The notes beneath the pieces are model-generated. The model saw only the letters and a program-made list of their open reading frames with translations, had not been told where the DNA came from and searched no databases. The position numbers and the translations under genes are program-made. Below, one piece after another: positions 1-13,400 of a stretch of 64,000 nucleotides of DNA (its first letter is position 1; each line of letters starts with the position of its first letter). Location: contig OZ024765.1 in NCBI GenBank assembly GCA_964016885.1, positions 3,968,001 through 4,032,000 of the forward strand. The letters run 5' to 3'. The DNA comes from Eledone cirrhosa. Lineage: Eukaryota.

Positions 1-461
1 TTAAGCTCATAGGTTCAGGTCCCTAGGGAGGTGTATGGCCTAGTTGTTAGGTTGTTGTATTCACAGTCTTAAGCTTGTAGGTTCAGGTCCCTAGGGAGGT
101 GTATGGCCTCGTGTCCAGTTGTTTGAGCGAAGTTAAAATTATGTGCATTTTGAGTGATGTCTATTAAGCGATGTCAGTTTTAGTGAACCTCAAACTGTTT
201 TTTTAAAGACATTTTGAGCGAAGTTGATAAAAATACAAATATACTAGAAATCTACAGTTTTGTACAAATAATTACACCTTCATAACGGGTAAATAAAAAA
301 AATTATTAAAAATCGATGCATTTTATTGTAGAAAGAACTAAAAATTCACAACGTTTAAAATCGAAAAAATTAATTTGATAGTATATATTTCACTTAAAAT
401 AAATCTTTGCTGAAATTACCATTGGCTCTTTATGTTTTGCTCTAAATAACTTTACTCTAAA

Positions 462-1213
462 CTAGCAGTGTATCCCGGCATTGCACGGGTAAGAACATTG
501 GTAATAGCACCTCCAATGAGAAACGTTTATTTGTGAGTGCCTGTTAAAAACTCACGAACTGGACATGCTCACTGACATCCAGAGTTGACACTGCACTCAG
601 TGGTCCTGTGGGGGCCCCTGCATGGACTCACTGGAAGAGGAAGACCGAAGTTAACATATGTTGATGCCCTAAGGACAGACACTGGTCTGTTGGAGACGCA
701 GGACATGGCAGCGATAATGAGGGACAGAGACCGCTGAAGAGAACTCGTCCATGGATCTCGGGAATTTTACCTGCCCTAGATACATAGATAGATATATTTT
801 TATGTGTATATTTATATATAAGTATATGTGCATATATATGTTTGTATATGTATGTATGTATGTATGTATATGTGTATATATGTGTGTGTATATGTATATA
901 TGTGTATATATATATATGTGTGTGTGTGAATGTGACAAAGATAATACGTCAGCAATGACGTGTTGATCATAATGTCCTTATGCAGACAGCCAGGCATACA
1001 GACAGATATTATAAAGGCGCAACGTAGATCGATAACCGGCGCCTAACACCCCTTTATCAACAGAAAATTGAAAAATAAAAGCTGCAGTTAATATCTTTAG
1101 ACTGCAAGGGATATATAAATGCATGTTTGAAGTCAATCAGAGTAGAAATGTGGATTTGTATAGACTTTGCAAAAATGAGGACACACAGACAACTACAGTT
1201 TTATATATATAGA
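462..1213 (-). mobile_element. Non-autonomous Helitron-like element with a nested RTE fragment
   Basis: Minus strand starts A|TCTATATATATAAAAC and ends with hairpin cccgtgcaatgccggg then CTAG|T. No target-site duplication; removing it restores the flanking ctctaaataacttt repeat. Confidence 0.75.
545..785 (+). mobile_element. RTE-like LINE 3' fragment
   Basis: Same sequence as 56920-57135 and 44740-44875 ([18 protein letters not shown]), followed by a simple-repeat tail. Confidence 0.7.
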
Positions 1214-1461
1214 TGACTTTACTCTAAATAACTTTGCTCAAAATAATGGGGTTGATAAAATAAAGTACCAGTAATGCACTGGGGTTGATTTAATAGCTTT
1301 TCGCTTTCTTCCGCCTAAAAAATTGATGACTTTGTGCCTAAAGTAGAAACAATTATTATTACCATTGTCATCATCGAAGTAATTTATTACTTCATCTAAT
1401 GAATCCGTTGTCTAATGCTATCCCTGTCTTCCCATGGCCACCTCTCCTGCTCTTATTACAG

Positions 1462-1568
1462 ATGATGAACGGCTTTTGTGGCATTTCTTCCATTACTCTG
1501 TTCCTGATGGCGTCTGTTGACAAGAAAGTACAACGCTACACATCAGATCCAAACTATGGAGCTGGCAA
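1462..1568 (+). CDS. WRN: WRN exon, RQC/winged-helix start
   Basis: ttacag|ATG...GGCAA|gtaagt; MMNGFCGISSITLFLMASVDKKVQRYTSDPNYGAGK resembles the WRN RQC pattern GI..PILFLRGS...FGTGK. Confidence 0.85.
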
Positions 1569-4500
1569 GTAAGTCTTCCTCTAAATATTCATTCATTTAT
1601 CTCTAAAAAGTCTTTTATAATGAAAATTATTGTGTACAGTGCTCAGGTGCACTTCAGCTCATCAAAGGTGCATGTATAGTACATAGAATAATGTACAAAT
1701 GCCAGGAAAGTGAACAGTGTATGAGTCATGATATAAACACAGATACATGTGTCTGTGTGTGTTGAGGGGGAATAGCAGGTGTAGTGTTGGTGAATTTTGG
1801 GAAGCATGGAGGTTTTGAAGGGTTTTCTTATCCACTAACCCTTTTCTTACCATATTTCAAGTAAGTCTTCCTCTAAATATTGTTCTTCTTTGCCCACTTA
1901 CTCCTGAGAGGGTCTTTGGGGCAGAGTCTTGAAACACTCCTTCCAGCAAGTCCTATCAGGAGCAACCATCTCCAATTGATCTAGCTGGATCTACAAATGT
2001 AACCAGCCAAGTTCATGGATGTTATATCTCTAAAACCCCCTTTTTATCCTCTAACCTTTTTCTTACCATATTTTAAGTAAGTCTTCCTCTAAATATTCAT
2101 TTATTTATCTCTAACCTGGATACCATGCAGATGCTATGACAAAAATCACCCAGTCCACTCTGTAAAATGGTAGTGCTGGTGTTATGACAAAAAGCACCCA
2201 GTCCACTCTGTAAGGTGTTAGTGCTGGTGTTGTGACAAAAAGCACCCAGTCCACTCTGTAAGGTGTTAGTGCTGGTGTTGTGACAAAAAGCACCCAGTCC
2301 ACTCTGTAAGGTGTTAGTGCTTGCGTTATGACAAAAAGCACCCAGTCCACCCTGTATAGGATTTTGGTGAAGTTGTCCACAATCCTCAACAAACTACATC
2401 AACATCAGCACCACATCATAATGATAATTTCTCTTCTCTTTGCAGATACAAGAACAAGAAGTTCTGGGCTGCATTTGGTAAGTGTCCTGTCCCTATATTG
2501 TGGCTGTTGAGGTTAAAAGTGTGTTGGTCAACTAGCTTGAACCATTGCTTTCTAAACATTGTCACTACTAAGGATCGTTTTTATTGAATTCTTTATGTCC
2601 GATACCACATGAAACCATATTAACCCTTTAGCTAGCATTCACATTACTCTATATATACTATTATATTTTCATGGTAAAGGCTTTACCTTGCATAATTATC
2701 TCACATAATATCGAATCTATGAGATTTTGAAAATATTTATTTTGAGAACAATACCTTAACATCAGTTTGAGCGACCAGTTACAGCCAGTTTCAACAGAAA
2801 GAGGTAGAGAATTCTGGCCGGTTTGAATATTAAAGGGTTAAGATATTCTAGAAAAGTACAAAACAACACTATGACTACATCACATTAAATAAAGTCTTTA
2901 CTGTGATACTGTAAATTTTCACAACAATCTGTCCACCAGTAAAGATACTATAAACATTTAGTACAAAACAATACTATGACTGCATCACATTAAATATTAA
3001 AGTCTTTACTGTAATACTGTAAATTTCCACAACAATCTGTCCACCAGTAAAGATACTATAAACATTTAGTACAAAGCAACACTATGACTACATCACATTA
3101 AATATTAAAGTCTTTACTGTAATACTGTAAATTTTCACAACAGTCTATCCACCAGTAAAGATCATCATCATACATCCACTTTTCCCAACTCATCACATGT
3201 CCATACCATTGCATTCTTCTCTCCCGCACACTACAACTTATCTCTCTTATACACAGTTTCTCTCTCAACTCATCTATGCTTGGTTGTTCATGCACATTGA
3301 CATTGCACATCCAACAGAGCATGCTTGCTTCATTTCCCTCCAACCGTCGCATATCCTCTGCAGTTGCTGCCCATGTCTCACTACCATGCAGCATTGTGCA
3401 TCTCACACAGGCATCATATAACTGACCTTTCGTTCGCAGAGAGAAACCCTTCTTTGTCAAGATCATCATCATCATCATCATTTTACATCTGCTTTTCCCT
3501 GCTTGCAAGGGTGGGACGGGAACTGATTCTGGCTTGATTTCTACAGCTGGATGCCCTTCCTAACACCAACCTCATTTACAGTGCGTGCTGGGTACTTTTT
3601 TGCCGTGGCACCTCCACGACCACTTTGCAGTGTGTGCTGGGTGCTTTTTTGCCGTGGCCCCTCCACGACCACTTTGCAGTGGAATGATAGGGAACCCAGT
3701 CCCTATCATCTCATTTCTACAGCTGAGTAAACTGGAGCAATGTGAAATAAAGTGTCTTGCTCAAGGAAACAACACATCACCCAGTCTGAGAATTGAACTC
3801 ACAACCTTTCGATTGCAAGGCCAATGCTCTGACCACTAAGCCATGTGCCTCCATATAAGATACTGTAAACAATGAAATTGAGGCATTTTTAGATATTTTC
3901 TGCCCAATAATTGCAGGATGTTAAAAGTCAAAGGAATTTAAAACCTATTTTTCTTCCCAGAATTGGATTTTAGATTTTACTTTCTATTATATAAAAACTT
4001 TTTCTCTCATCACCACCACCACCATGACTACCACCACTAACACTACCCCCACCAACACTCCCACCATCACCACACCACCACCACTAAAACTACCACCACT
4101 ACACCAACCATCACACCATCACCACAGCTACACCATCACTACTACCACTACACCACCACTACCATCACCATCACTACACCGCCACTACCATCACCATCAC
4201 TACACCACCACTACACCACTACCACCACTACCATCACCATCACCATCACTACACCACTACCATCACCATCACTACATCATCATCACCACCACCACTACCA
4301 TCACCATCACCACACTACCACCACCACACCGCCACTACCATCACCATCACTACACCACCACCATCACCACCACTACAACACCACCATCACCACTACCATC
4401 AGCATCATCACTACACCACCACTAAAACTACCACTCCCACCACCACTAAAACTACCCCCCCCAAACACACCACACCACTAAAACTATCCCCCCCCCCACA

Positions 4501-6758
4501 CACACACACACCACACCACACCACTAGTACTACAACTGTGACATACTCTGTTCCTTTACCAGGTCGAGCATTGATATGTGAAGGTTACTTGGAGGAGATC
4601 TCTCGTAAAGGCTGTTTCTGGATAACTGTGAACCTATCAAACAAAGGCAGGACCTGGTTGAAAAAAGTTCAAAGGGACGAGAACTACAAACTGGAATTGA
4701 CCCCTACTCAGGCTATGATAGCAGAAGAAAAGGTTCAGATTCGAAAACCTGTTGTTAGGTGAGTTTACATGACTAATTAATTATTAAATACGCAGGGGCT
4801 TCAAAAAGTTCTTGGAAAAAGTACATAGCTAAAAATCGTATGCAGGGTTTTTGATCTCAATGCACCTGTACGTTCTCGTACTAAAGTGTGATAACATGTT
4901 CTAACATGAACCCTTAAATGCATGTTACAACGCTGCGCCGTTAGTCGGAGTCAACACCCACTCCATCAAAACATCAAATTCAAGGCGAAGCTAGGGTGGA
5001 AGAGCAGTCAAATCATTGACGCTCTGGAACAAGTTTATGGGGACAATGCCCCAAAGAAATCAACAACCTACAAATGGATAAGTTGTTTTAGAAGTGGAAG
5101 AGATGAGGTTGAAGATGTAAAAAACACTGCTTTGACATGGTTTAAATCACATGGCCCCCAGTTTTACACAGATGGTCTTAAAGGCTGTGGTTACCCCTGA
5201 TTGAACCCGAAAATCACATATACGAGGGTAATCCCAAAAGTGAGGTCTCCAAAGCGATGGGGACGCAGAGAAACTGTTTGTACGGCTGTTGGCAACACTG
5301 TTGTGATTGGTGCTTCCTTCACTCCCAAACAAGCATGCGCGCGCTTCGCTGGGATGCTCAATCTTGGCTTGGCAGCCGTTGAGAATGGAGCTCCCGTTGA
5401 ACGTTACCACCAAGTGTGAATTTTGCACAGTTATTATATACGAGGGCAATCCCAAAAGTAAGGTCTCCTTCCGAGGAAAACATGCGTAAAGATCGGCGGA
5501 TCACTCTGGGTGCTCTCTGCATTTTGGTTCCTGAGGTTTCCCAAAGCTCCATCCACAGGATTTTAACGGAAAAGTTGCAATATCGGAAAGAGACCTTACT
5601 TTTGGGATTGCCCTCGTATATATATATAATATATATTTATTTTATTAAGGCTAAAAAGTGAGTCTTGTTACTCTGTAGTTTTGCCTGTTTATCACAGGGT
5701 CATCAGACATGCTTTAATAATAATTGTTTCTACTTTTTGGCACAAGGCCAGCAATTAACCAGTGCATTACTGGTACTTTATTTTATCGACCCCCGTAAGG
5801 ATGAAAGGCAAAGCCAACCTCGGCGGGATTTGAACTCCGATCGTAAAGGGACGTAACTATGCTGGAAAGCATGGCGTCCAACCCTCTACCGCTACTACCA
5901 ATCCACCGCCTATCCACATGCTTTAATAATAATTGTTTCTACTTTTGGCACCAGGCCAGTAATTGCCCAGTACATTACTGGTACTTCATTTTATCGACCC
6001 CGTAAGGATGAAAGGCAAAGTTAACCTCGGCGGGATTTGAACTCAGAATGGCAAGGGCCGTAACTCTATACGTCAAAGCATGGCGTCCGACCCTCTACCG
6101 ACACTGCCAATCTACCGCCCTTTAATAATAATGATCATTAAAACTCTACACCGGTATTGAGTACTCCTTTCACTCAGTCGTATATAAAAGGAAAAGAAAT
6201 CAAAAATGCAACTGAAGTCTTTTTAAGATATTTATTTATTTACTTTACTGGTTTCACAGTTCTTATGCTTTTCAAATTTGCTGGCCACTGTCACCGTGCC
6301 GCTCTCTTGCTCTGGAACCCTGACTAGGAGTAGGAAGCTGTCATTCCCTGACATTATCTCTAGGGATACGGGAATCAGTAGACAGGACCTGGGGGCAGTG
6401 ATGGGGGACAGGGAATTCTGGGGCATGAGAGTGAGATCCATCATCTCGACAGTAGTCGACGAGTGATGATGATGATATATATACACACACACACACACGC
6501 ACACACACGTGTATATGTAAAATCCCCAAACCATCACCATCATCATCTTCACTACTCTAACCACCCCCCTATTCTATCAATCTTGCCAATCACAGCTCTT
6601 CAGCCACCTGCAGTTCAATATCTGATTTTGAGAAGTATTCTCACATCAAGCCAGCAATCCTTCCTAACGAGCCTTCTACTGCAGCTGCACCACGTGAAGT
6701 AAAGCCAAGCGTACCTGCAGTTGACGAGCGTGTTGAAGCTTTACAGGTAACTTTACAC

Positions 6759-6802
<44 letters not shown>

Positions 6803-6831
6803 TTCGTTTCTGAATTTGTTTAGTAAGATTC

Positions 6832-6892
<61 letters not shown>

Positions 6893-7387
6893 ATACTTGG
6901 GGAGGGTCATATTGTTGTAATGATATTGCCAGAATTAATAACAGAACACACTCACTGTTTGGTTGGTTTTCACTTCTGTGTCTTTTATATCAGTTAATTC
7001 GTTCGGTCCTCAATATTTACAATTGATTGAGCAACGGTAAAAAATACAGATATAATATAGACACAAACACATATATATAGTCTAACAAAGTTCTTTCGTT
7101 GCACATCTGCAACATCGTCAGTGGTGCTATTATGTTCCTCCTGTTGTATTGTATATCTACAGAAGCGAAAACCAACCAAACAGTGAGTGTGTTCTGTTAT
7201 TAATTCTGGCAATATGACCCTCCCCAAGTATAACAATATTTGTTTTGACACACGATTTCATATCAAAAACCTCGCAAAACAAATATCATTTCATTTTACG
7301 TCCGCTTTTTCCCTGCTTGCAAGGGTGGGACGGGAACTGATTCTGGCTTGATTTCTACAGCTGGATGCCCTTCCTAACACCAACCTC

Positions 7388-7428
<41 letters not shown>

Positions 7429-7459
7429 TAGATATATATATATATACACACACACATAG

Positions 7460-7490
<31 letters not shown>

Positions 7491-10400
7491 GAGCATTGGC
7501 CTTGCAATCGAAAGGTTGTGAGTTCAATTCTCAGACCGGGTGATGTGTTGTTTCCTTGAGCAAGACACTTTATTTCACATTGCTCCAGTTTACTCAGCTG
7601 TAGAAATGAGATGATAGGGACTGGAGTCCCTATCATTCCACTGCAAAGTGGTCGTGGAGGTGCCACGGCAAAAAAGCACCCAGCACTCACTGTAAAAATG
7701 AGGTTGGCGTTTAGGAAGGGCATCCAGCTGTAGAAATCAAGCCAGCATCAGTTCCCGTCTCACCCTTGCAAGCAGGGAAAAAGCGGACGTAAAATGAAAT
7801 GATGATGATGATGATGATACATATATGGTACATTGGATTAGCTCCCCTGAGTGATCACATGAATTTCTAACATAAACACTAATATTACTATTTTCAGATC
7901 AACCTTTACCAACGAATCTCCAAGGCCAGAAATGAATTTGCTCAAGAGTATGGCCTACTTCCTCATGCTATTGCCAGTAATAAGATCCTGCTAGACATTG
8001 TCAGGATTAGGTAAGAAACAAGAAGAAATGCACCATTTTCTTACCATATTTCTAATGTACGGCTCTGCCTGTAACTAACCTCTTCCTTATTAAGCTGGTG
8101 TTTGGAACATAACTTAACCCTTTAGCATTTAAACTGGCTGTATCCGGAATTCTCTCAGGTCAGAGGACCTTGATTCGCACACACGTGGAACTGATTTTGG
8201 CTTGTTTTTTACAGCTGGATGCCCTTCTTAATACCAACCACATTACAGTGTGGACTGGGAGCCTTTTTACTGTGTCTCCTACACAACCACTTTACAGTGT
8301 GGACTGGGAGCCTTTTTACTGTGTCTCCTACACAACCACATTACAGTGTGGACTGGGAGCCTTTTTACTGTGTCTCCTACACAACCACTTTACAGTGTGG
8401 ACTGGGAGCCTTTTTACTGTGTCTCCTACACAACCACTTTACAGTGTGGACTGGGAGCCTTTTTACTGTGTCTCCTACACAACCACTTTACAGTGTGGAC
8501 TGGGAGCCTTTTTACTGTGTCTCCTACACAACCACTTTACAGTGTGGACTGGGAGCCTTTTTACTGTGTCTCCTACACAACCACTTTACAGTATGGACTG
8601 GGAGCCTTTTTACTGTGTCTCCTACACAACCACTTTACAGTGTGGTCTGGGAGCCTTTTTACTGTGTCTCCTACACAACCACATTACAGTGTGGACTGGG
8701 AGCCTTTTTACTGTGTCTCCTACACAACCACTTTACAGTGTGGACTGGGAGCCTTTTTACTGTGTCTCCTACACAACCACTTTACAGTGTGGTCTGGGAG
8801 CCTTTTTACTGTCTCCTACACAACCACATTACAGTGTGGACTGGGAGCCTTTTTACTGTGTCTCCTACACAACCACTTTACAGTGTGGACTGGGAGCCTT
8901 TTTACTGTGTCTCCTACACAACCACTTTACAGTGTGGACTGGGAGCCTTTTTACTGTGTCTCCTACACAACCACTTTACAGTGTGGACTGGGAGCCTTTT
9001 TACTGTGTCTCCTACACAACCACTTTACAGTGTGGACTGGGAGCCTTTTTACTGTGTCTCCTACACAACCACTTTACAGTGTGGACTGGGAGCCTTTTTA
9101 CTGTGTCTCCTACACAACCACTTTACAGTGTGGACTGGGAGCCTTTTTACTGTGTCTCCTACACAACCACTTTACAGTGTGGACTGGGAGCCTTTTTACT
9201 GTGTCTCCTACACAACCACTTTACAGTGTGGACTGGGAGCCTTTTTACTGTGTCTCCTACACAACCACTTTACAGTGTGGTCTGGGAGCCTTTTTACTGT
9301 CTCCTACACAACCACATTACAGTGTGGACTGGGAGCCTTTTTACTGTGTCTCCTACACAACCACTTTACAGTGTGGACTGGGAGCCTTTTTACTGTGTCT
9401 CCTACACAACCACTTTACAGTGTGGACTGGGAGCCTTTTTACTGTGTCTCCTACACAACCACTTTACAGTGTGGACTGGGAGCCTTTTTACTGTGTCTCC
9501 TACACAACCACTTTACAGTGTGGACTGGGAGCCTTTTTACTGTGTCTCCTACACAACCACTTTACAGTGTGGACTGGGAGCCTTTTTACTGTGTCTCCTA
9601 CACAACCACTTTACAGTGTGGACTGGGAGCCTTTTTACTGTGTCTCCTACACAACCACTTTACAGTGTGGACTGGGAGCCTTTTTACTGTCTCCTACACA
9701 ACCACTTTACAGTGTGGACTGGGAGCCTTTTTACTGTGTCTCATACACAACCACTTTACAGTGTGGACTGGGAGCCTTTTTACTGTGTCTCCTACACAAC
9801 CACATTACAGTGTGGACTGGGAGCCTTTTTACTGTGTCTCCTACACAACCACTTTACAGTGTGGACTGGGAGCCTTTTTACTGTGTCTCCTACACAACCA
9901 CTTTACAGTGTGGACTGGGAGCCTTTTTACTGTGTCTCCTACACAACCACTTTACAGTGTGGACTGGGAGCCTTTTTACTGTCTCCTACACAACCACTTT
10001 ACAGTGTGGACTGGGAGCCTTTTTACTGTGTCTCATACACAACCACTTTACAGTGTGGACTGGGAGCCTTTTTACTGTGTCTCCTACACAACCACATTAC
10101 ATTGTGGACTGGGAGCCTTTTTACTGTGTCTCCTACACAACCACTTTACAGTGTGTACTGGGCGCTTATTGTCGAAGCTCCAGGGGGGACAACTTTATGG
10201 TGAGGGCTGGAGACTTGGGTGGGGTATGTGGGTGAGTGTTGGAGACTTGGGTGAGGGCTGGGGGGGGGGGGTGTTTGGGTACTTGGATGGGTGGAGAAGA
10301 AGCCTGGGAATTGTATTTTTCCAAGTTCTCTAATATATTTTCCATGTCTTTCACCCAGCTATTTGCTACCCCCTCAACACTCACCACTCATTGCTGTTTT

Positions 10401-13400
10401 GTTTTATTTCCTTCTTCTCAGGCCAAAAGATAAAGAAGCCATGTTGAAGATTGAGGAATTCCCTCAAGCCAAAGTTGAGAAATATGGTGGCATATTCCTT
10501 GACATTCTCTTGCCATTCTGCAAAGACAATAACCTGACACTTGACAACTTCCCACATGTGGAATTTGAACAGGTAAGACTACTGTGTGTGTGTGCTATTA
10601 TTATTATTGGCAGTATCGGTAGAGGGTCGGATGCCATGCTTTGCAGCATAGAGTTACGGCCCTTGCCATTCTGAGTTCAGATCCCGCCGAGGTTAACTTT
10701 GCCTTTCATCCTTACGGGGTCGATAAAATAAAGTACCAGTAATGCACTGGGGTAATTGCCGGCCTTGTGCCTAAAGTAGAAACTATTATTATTATTAAGG
10801 GCGGTGGATTGGTAGTATTGGTAGAGAGGGTCGGACGCCATGCTTTGCAACATAGAGTTACGGCCCTTTACGTTCCGAGGTTAACTCTGTTTTTCATCCT
10901 TATGGGGGGTCGATAAAATAAAGTACCAGTAACACACTGGGGTCAATTTAATCGACTCCCCCCCCCTCTCCCCTTCAAATTGATGGCCCCTTTCTCTGTA
11001 TTTTTTTAATGTTATTCCTTTGTTTTCAGTCCAGTTTCGAGGAGCTTGACTCCCTGCCTCTGCCCACACCCCAACTGGCCAGTTTATCCGAGACTCAGCG
11101 TATAACCTATCACTTATTTGTAACGGACAATAAAAGTTTGGTGAGTCACATTATGTACTATACATACTTGTATACATGGTCTGTGTGTGCTTGGTTTAGA
11201 TTGGGTCGTCAAGTATGAAAATTGTAGAAATTTGTTGTTTTTTTTTCTACAAATTTCATACTTGACGACCCAATAATAGGTACACTGTATCCCTGTGTAT
11301 ATCTAGTTTACAATAGTTACACTGTATCCCTGTGTATATCTAGTTTACAATAGGTACACTGTATCCCTGTGTATATCTAGTTTACAATAGGTACACTGTA
11401 TCCCTGGGTGTACCTGGTTTACAATAGGTACACTGTATCCCTGTGTATATCTAGTTTACAATAGGTACACTGTATCCCTGGGTGTACCTGGTTTACAATA
11501 GGTACACTGTAACCCTGTATATCTAGTTTACAATAGGTACACTGTATCCCTGTGTGTACCTAGTTTACAATAGGTACACTGTATCCCTGTGTATATCTAG
11601 TTTACAATAGGTACACTGTATCCCTGCGTATATCTGGTTTACAATAGGTACACTGTATCCCTGGGTGTACCTGGTTTACAATAGGTACACTGTATCCCTG
11701 TGTATATCTAGTTTACAATAGCTACACTGTATCCCTGTGTATATCTAGTTTACAATAGGTACACTGTATCCCTGTGTATATCTAGTTTACAATAGGTACA
11801 CTGTATCCTTGTGTATATCTAGTTTACAATAGGTACACTGTATCCCTGTGTATATCTAGTTTACAATAGGTACACTGTATCCCTGTGTATATCTAGTTTA
11901 CAATAGGTACACTGTATCCCTGGGTGTACCTAGTTTACAATAGGTACACTGTATCCCTGTGTGTACCTGGTTTACAATAGGTACACTGTATCCCTGTGTA
12001 TACCTGGTTTACAATAGGTACACTGTATCCCTGTGTGTACCTGGTTTACAATAGGTACACTGTATCCCTGTGTGTACCTGGTTTACAATAGGTACACTGT
12101 ATCCCTGCGTATATCTAGTTTACAATAGGTACACTGTATCCCTGCGTATATCTGGTTTACAATAGGTACACTGTATCCCTGGGTGTACCTGGTTTACAAT
12201 AGGTACACTGTATCCCTGTGTATACCTGGTTTACAATAGCTACACTGTATCCCTGTGTATACCTGGTTTACAATAGGTACACTGTATCCCTGTGTGTACC
12301 TGGTTTACAATAGGTACACTGTATCCCTGTGTGTACCTGGTTTACAATAGGTACACTGTAAACGCATGGCGTTTCCTATTCTCTATCTGTCTATGTACAC
12401 ATCTCTCGCTTGGTGCACCCCCTTCAATTGACGTCATCACCCCTTCCTTCCTCAGTCAACGTCATCACCCCTTCCTTCCTCAGTCAACGTCATCACCCCT
12501 TCCTTCCTCAGTCGACGTTATCACCCCTTCCTTCCTCAGTCAACGTAATCACTCCTTCCTTCCTCAGTCAACGTAATCTCCCCCTTCTTCAGTCAACGTA
12601 ATCAACCCCTCCTTCCTCGTCCAACGTTATCACCCCCTTCCTTCCTCAGTGGACGTCATCACCCCTTCCTTCCTCAGTCATCTCTAGTGCGTTACAGACA
12701 ATACACACTGCTTTTATTATCATATTACTGATTATTGTTGTTGTTTTAACAGGATAAAATCACAGAAATGAGGAAACTGAAGCAGGGAACCCTAATAAAC
12801 CACTTGTGTACTGCAATAGAAGCTGGAGCAGACCTTGATATTGAGAGATTGGGTTTACCACTGTCTACATACAAACTAATTGTGGCAGCCATTACTGGAC
12901 CAAAGATTTCTTACAGTAAGACATCATTGCTTATCTCCCTTGGGTGAAAATATGTCAATGGAAAGTGTCAGGACTTCTTGTCTGACCCATGCTAGCATGT
13001 AAAAAATGGACATTAAACGGTGATGATGATGATGGTGGTGGTGATGGTGGTAATATGTCTGCCATGTTTTCAAATGGTTTATAAGGCGCAATCACCACCA
13101 TCATCATCCATCATCATCATCATCACCACCATCATCATCATCACCATCATCACAGTCATCACCACCATCATCATCGTAATCATCATCACCACCACCACCA
13201 TCATCACTACAACCATCATCATCACCACAATCATCATAATCATCATCACCCCTACCACCAACACCACCACCACCACAGCCACAACCACCATCACCACCAA
13301 CACCACCACCATATACAGTGTCTTTCATTAGAAGTATGGTAATGAAAGGGTTAAGGACATATACAGTGTCTTTCATTAGAAGTATGGTAATGAAAGGGTT

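Noticed and set aside
8170-10333. Three overlapping 660-700 aa ORFs
   Set aside because: Produced by a stop-free 49-bp repeat cycling through frames; lies inside a well-supported WRN intron
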